Source: a virus. From it: 64,000 nt of DNA. The notes beneath the pieces were generated by a model, which saw only the letters and a program-made list of their open reading frames with translations, had not been told where the DNA came from and searched no databases. Below, piece after piece: positions 63,195 through 64,000 of this stretch. The position numbers and the translations under genes were made by a program. The stretch lies in the IMG/VR virus record IMGVR_UViG_3300028625_000001, positions 50,725-114,724 of that record; one strand, written 5' to 3'. Numbering within the stretch: the first letter of the stretch is position 1; every line of letters begins with the position of its first letter.

Positions 63195-63446
63195 TCAAAC
63201 CTGTATATCATCAGGTTCTATGTCGGACCTATGTATCACGTAGTAGTCACCATCGCCGGTTTTATTGCATATAAGGCCGACCTTTGATAACTCTTTGTAG
63301 ACTGCATCTATATTGTCTGTTTTGTTCCACAATCGCCCTATGTCGCCAACTGGTTTGTTTGTTATATAGTTATACACAGGGATAAAGCCTTGTTCTTTAC
63401 AGATCGGTAATGCCATATCAACTATGTTCTTTGCGTTATAATCCAT
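63195..63446 (-). CDS. Hypothetical protein, 83 aa
   Basis: GGGGGTTAGAACA SD/leader, shared with other cassettes. Confidence 0.6.
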   Translation of the reverse strand: MDYNAKNIVDMALPICKEQGFIPVYNYITNKPVGDIGRLWNKTDNIDAVYKELSKVGLICNKTGDGDYYVIHRSDIEPDDIQV

Positions 63447-63467
63447 TGTTCTAACCCCCTTTCAGTA

Positions 63468-63491
63468 GGTCCCGGCGTTACCACCGGGACC
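63468..63491 (-). promoter_or_regulatory. Intergenic stem-loop (GGTCCCGG/CCGGGACC family)
   Basis: 8-bp stem with an 8-nt loop, located between the stop at 63495-63497 and the next SD. Confidence 0.6.
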
Positions 63492-63494
63492 GTT

Positions 63495-63665
63495 CTAATC
63501 TCTTTCCATATCTAATATCTCAGGTTCATCAATGCCGTGCATACGGCATATGAACCCGAAGTAATCTCCTGCATCGCTTGTGCTCATAGCGTTGACAAGT
63601 TCTTCAAGAAGCGTTTCAGGTTCAAAGTATTGGAGCATAGTATCCAACATGTCATTTCGGCCCAT
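63495..63665 (-). CDS. Small hypothetical protein, 56 aa (below the ORF-track cutoff)
   Basis: Hand translation gives MGRNDMLDTMLQYFEPETLLEELVNAMSTSDAGDYFGFICRMHGIDEPEILDMERD. GGGGGGGTTAAGAGA SD. Confidence 0.5.
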   Translation of the reverse strand: MGRNDMLDTMLQYFEPETLLEELVNAMSTSDAGDYFGFICRMHGIDEPEILDMERD

Positions 63666-63685
63666 TCTCTTAACCCCCCCTTATA

Positions 63686-63708
63686 GGCCCCGGCGTTATG
63701 CCGGGACC
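63686..63708 (-). promoter_or_regulatory. Intergenic stem-loop (same family)
   Basis: 9-position stem with a 5-nt loop. The single non-Watson-Crick position (63688/63706) is G-U only in the minus-sense RNA. Confidence 0.6.
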
Positions 63709-63711
63709 GTT

Positions 63712-63990
63712 CTATCTTTCGAGAGTGACACTGTTACTCTCGAAGGTATGTTCTTCCCCTCGATAGCTTACGTACCAGTCAAAGTTTTTCTGGTAGACCG
63801 TATATCCAAGCCCATACTCTTTACTAGCTTGGTTCATACGGTTCTTTGTGGTACTGGTTCGCCACCCACCAGCGTTTAGAATTATCTTCTTATCGCTATA
63901 CCTTACAATCGGTGTACTGTATAGGACCACTACAGTTTCACCGTTCAAATATGTTACGGTAGTGGCTTTCTTTCTCTTTAATGCGACCAT
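63712..63990 (-). CDS. Hypothetical protein, 92 aa
   Basis: The ATG is preceded by GGTTAGAACA, identical to the leader at 63447-63456. The upstream sequence is cut by the window edge. Confidence 0.6.
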   Translation of the reverse strand: MVALKRKKATTVTYLNGETVVVLYSTPIVRYSDKKIILNAGGWRTSTTKNRMNQASKEYGLGYTVYQKNFDWYVSYRGEEHTFESNSVTLER

Positions 63991-64000
63991 TGTTCTAACC

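Noticed and set aside
1-64000. Genome-wide stop-codon reassignment (TGA or TAG recoding)
   Set aside because: Very long ORFs are intact under the standard code. Many genes end at TGA (7680-7682, 27135-27137, 28883-28885) or TAG directly followed by the next gene's SD and start. Only the single site at 31881 looks open-ended.

Overview
The window looks like one contiguous piece of a large tailed dsDNA phage or prophage genome. It is gene-dense, with strong GGAGG-type Shine-Dalgarno sites, many GTG/TTG starts and frequent 1-4 nt stop/start overlaps. All calls rest on manual reading and motif recognition; no searches were run.

Layout:
- 38-31883 (+): late tail module. It holds a 2381-aa tape-measure-like protein, tail-tip proteins, a 4514-aa repeat-rich fibre/adhesin, small structural ORFs and a diversity-generating retroelement (DGR). 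A LamG-like protein, a metallophosphoesterase and two membrane proteins follow, ending at a bidirectional terminator near 32.06 kb.
- 32080-44486 (-): nucleotide-metabolism and replication operon. It encodes NrdG/NrdD, a Cas4-like nuclease, an SLT-like protein, an RyR-domain protein, dUTPase, a RecA-like protein, an AEP primase with a CHC2 zinc finger, SSB, DnaB and an HU-like protein.
- 44487-45797: a 1.3-kb non-coding hub. It contains divergent consensus promoters, a 201-bp tandem duplication, a polypyrimidine tract, oppositely oriented TTGAC(T)GTC arrays and a GATC/palindrome cluster. I read it as an origin/regulatory region, possibly also encoding ncRNA.
- 45837-50023 (+): DnaE-type polymerase and an Hjc-type resolvase.
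- 49971-64000 (mostly -): RuvB-like ATPase, tyrosine recombinase, sliding clamp, SNF2 helicase, and about 20 small early-type ORFs separated by a family of intergenic stem-loops.

The best-supported special system is the complete DGR (25962-28885): a C-type-lectin-like target with VR, avd, TR and RT, with adenine-specific TR/VR mismatches confined to AAY codons. The least explained part of the window is the 44.5-45.8 kb hub and the recurrent intergenic hairpin cassettes. I saw no rRNA, tRNA or CRISPR array by eye.
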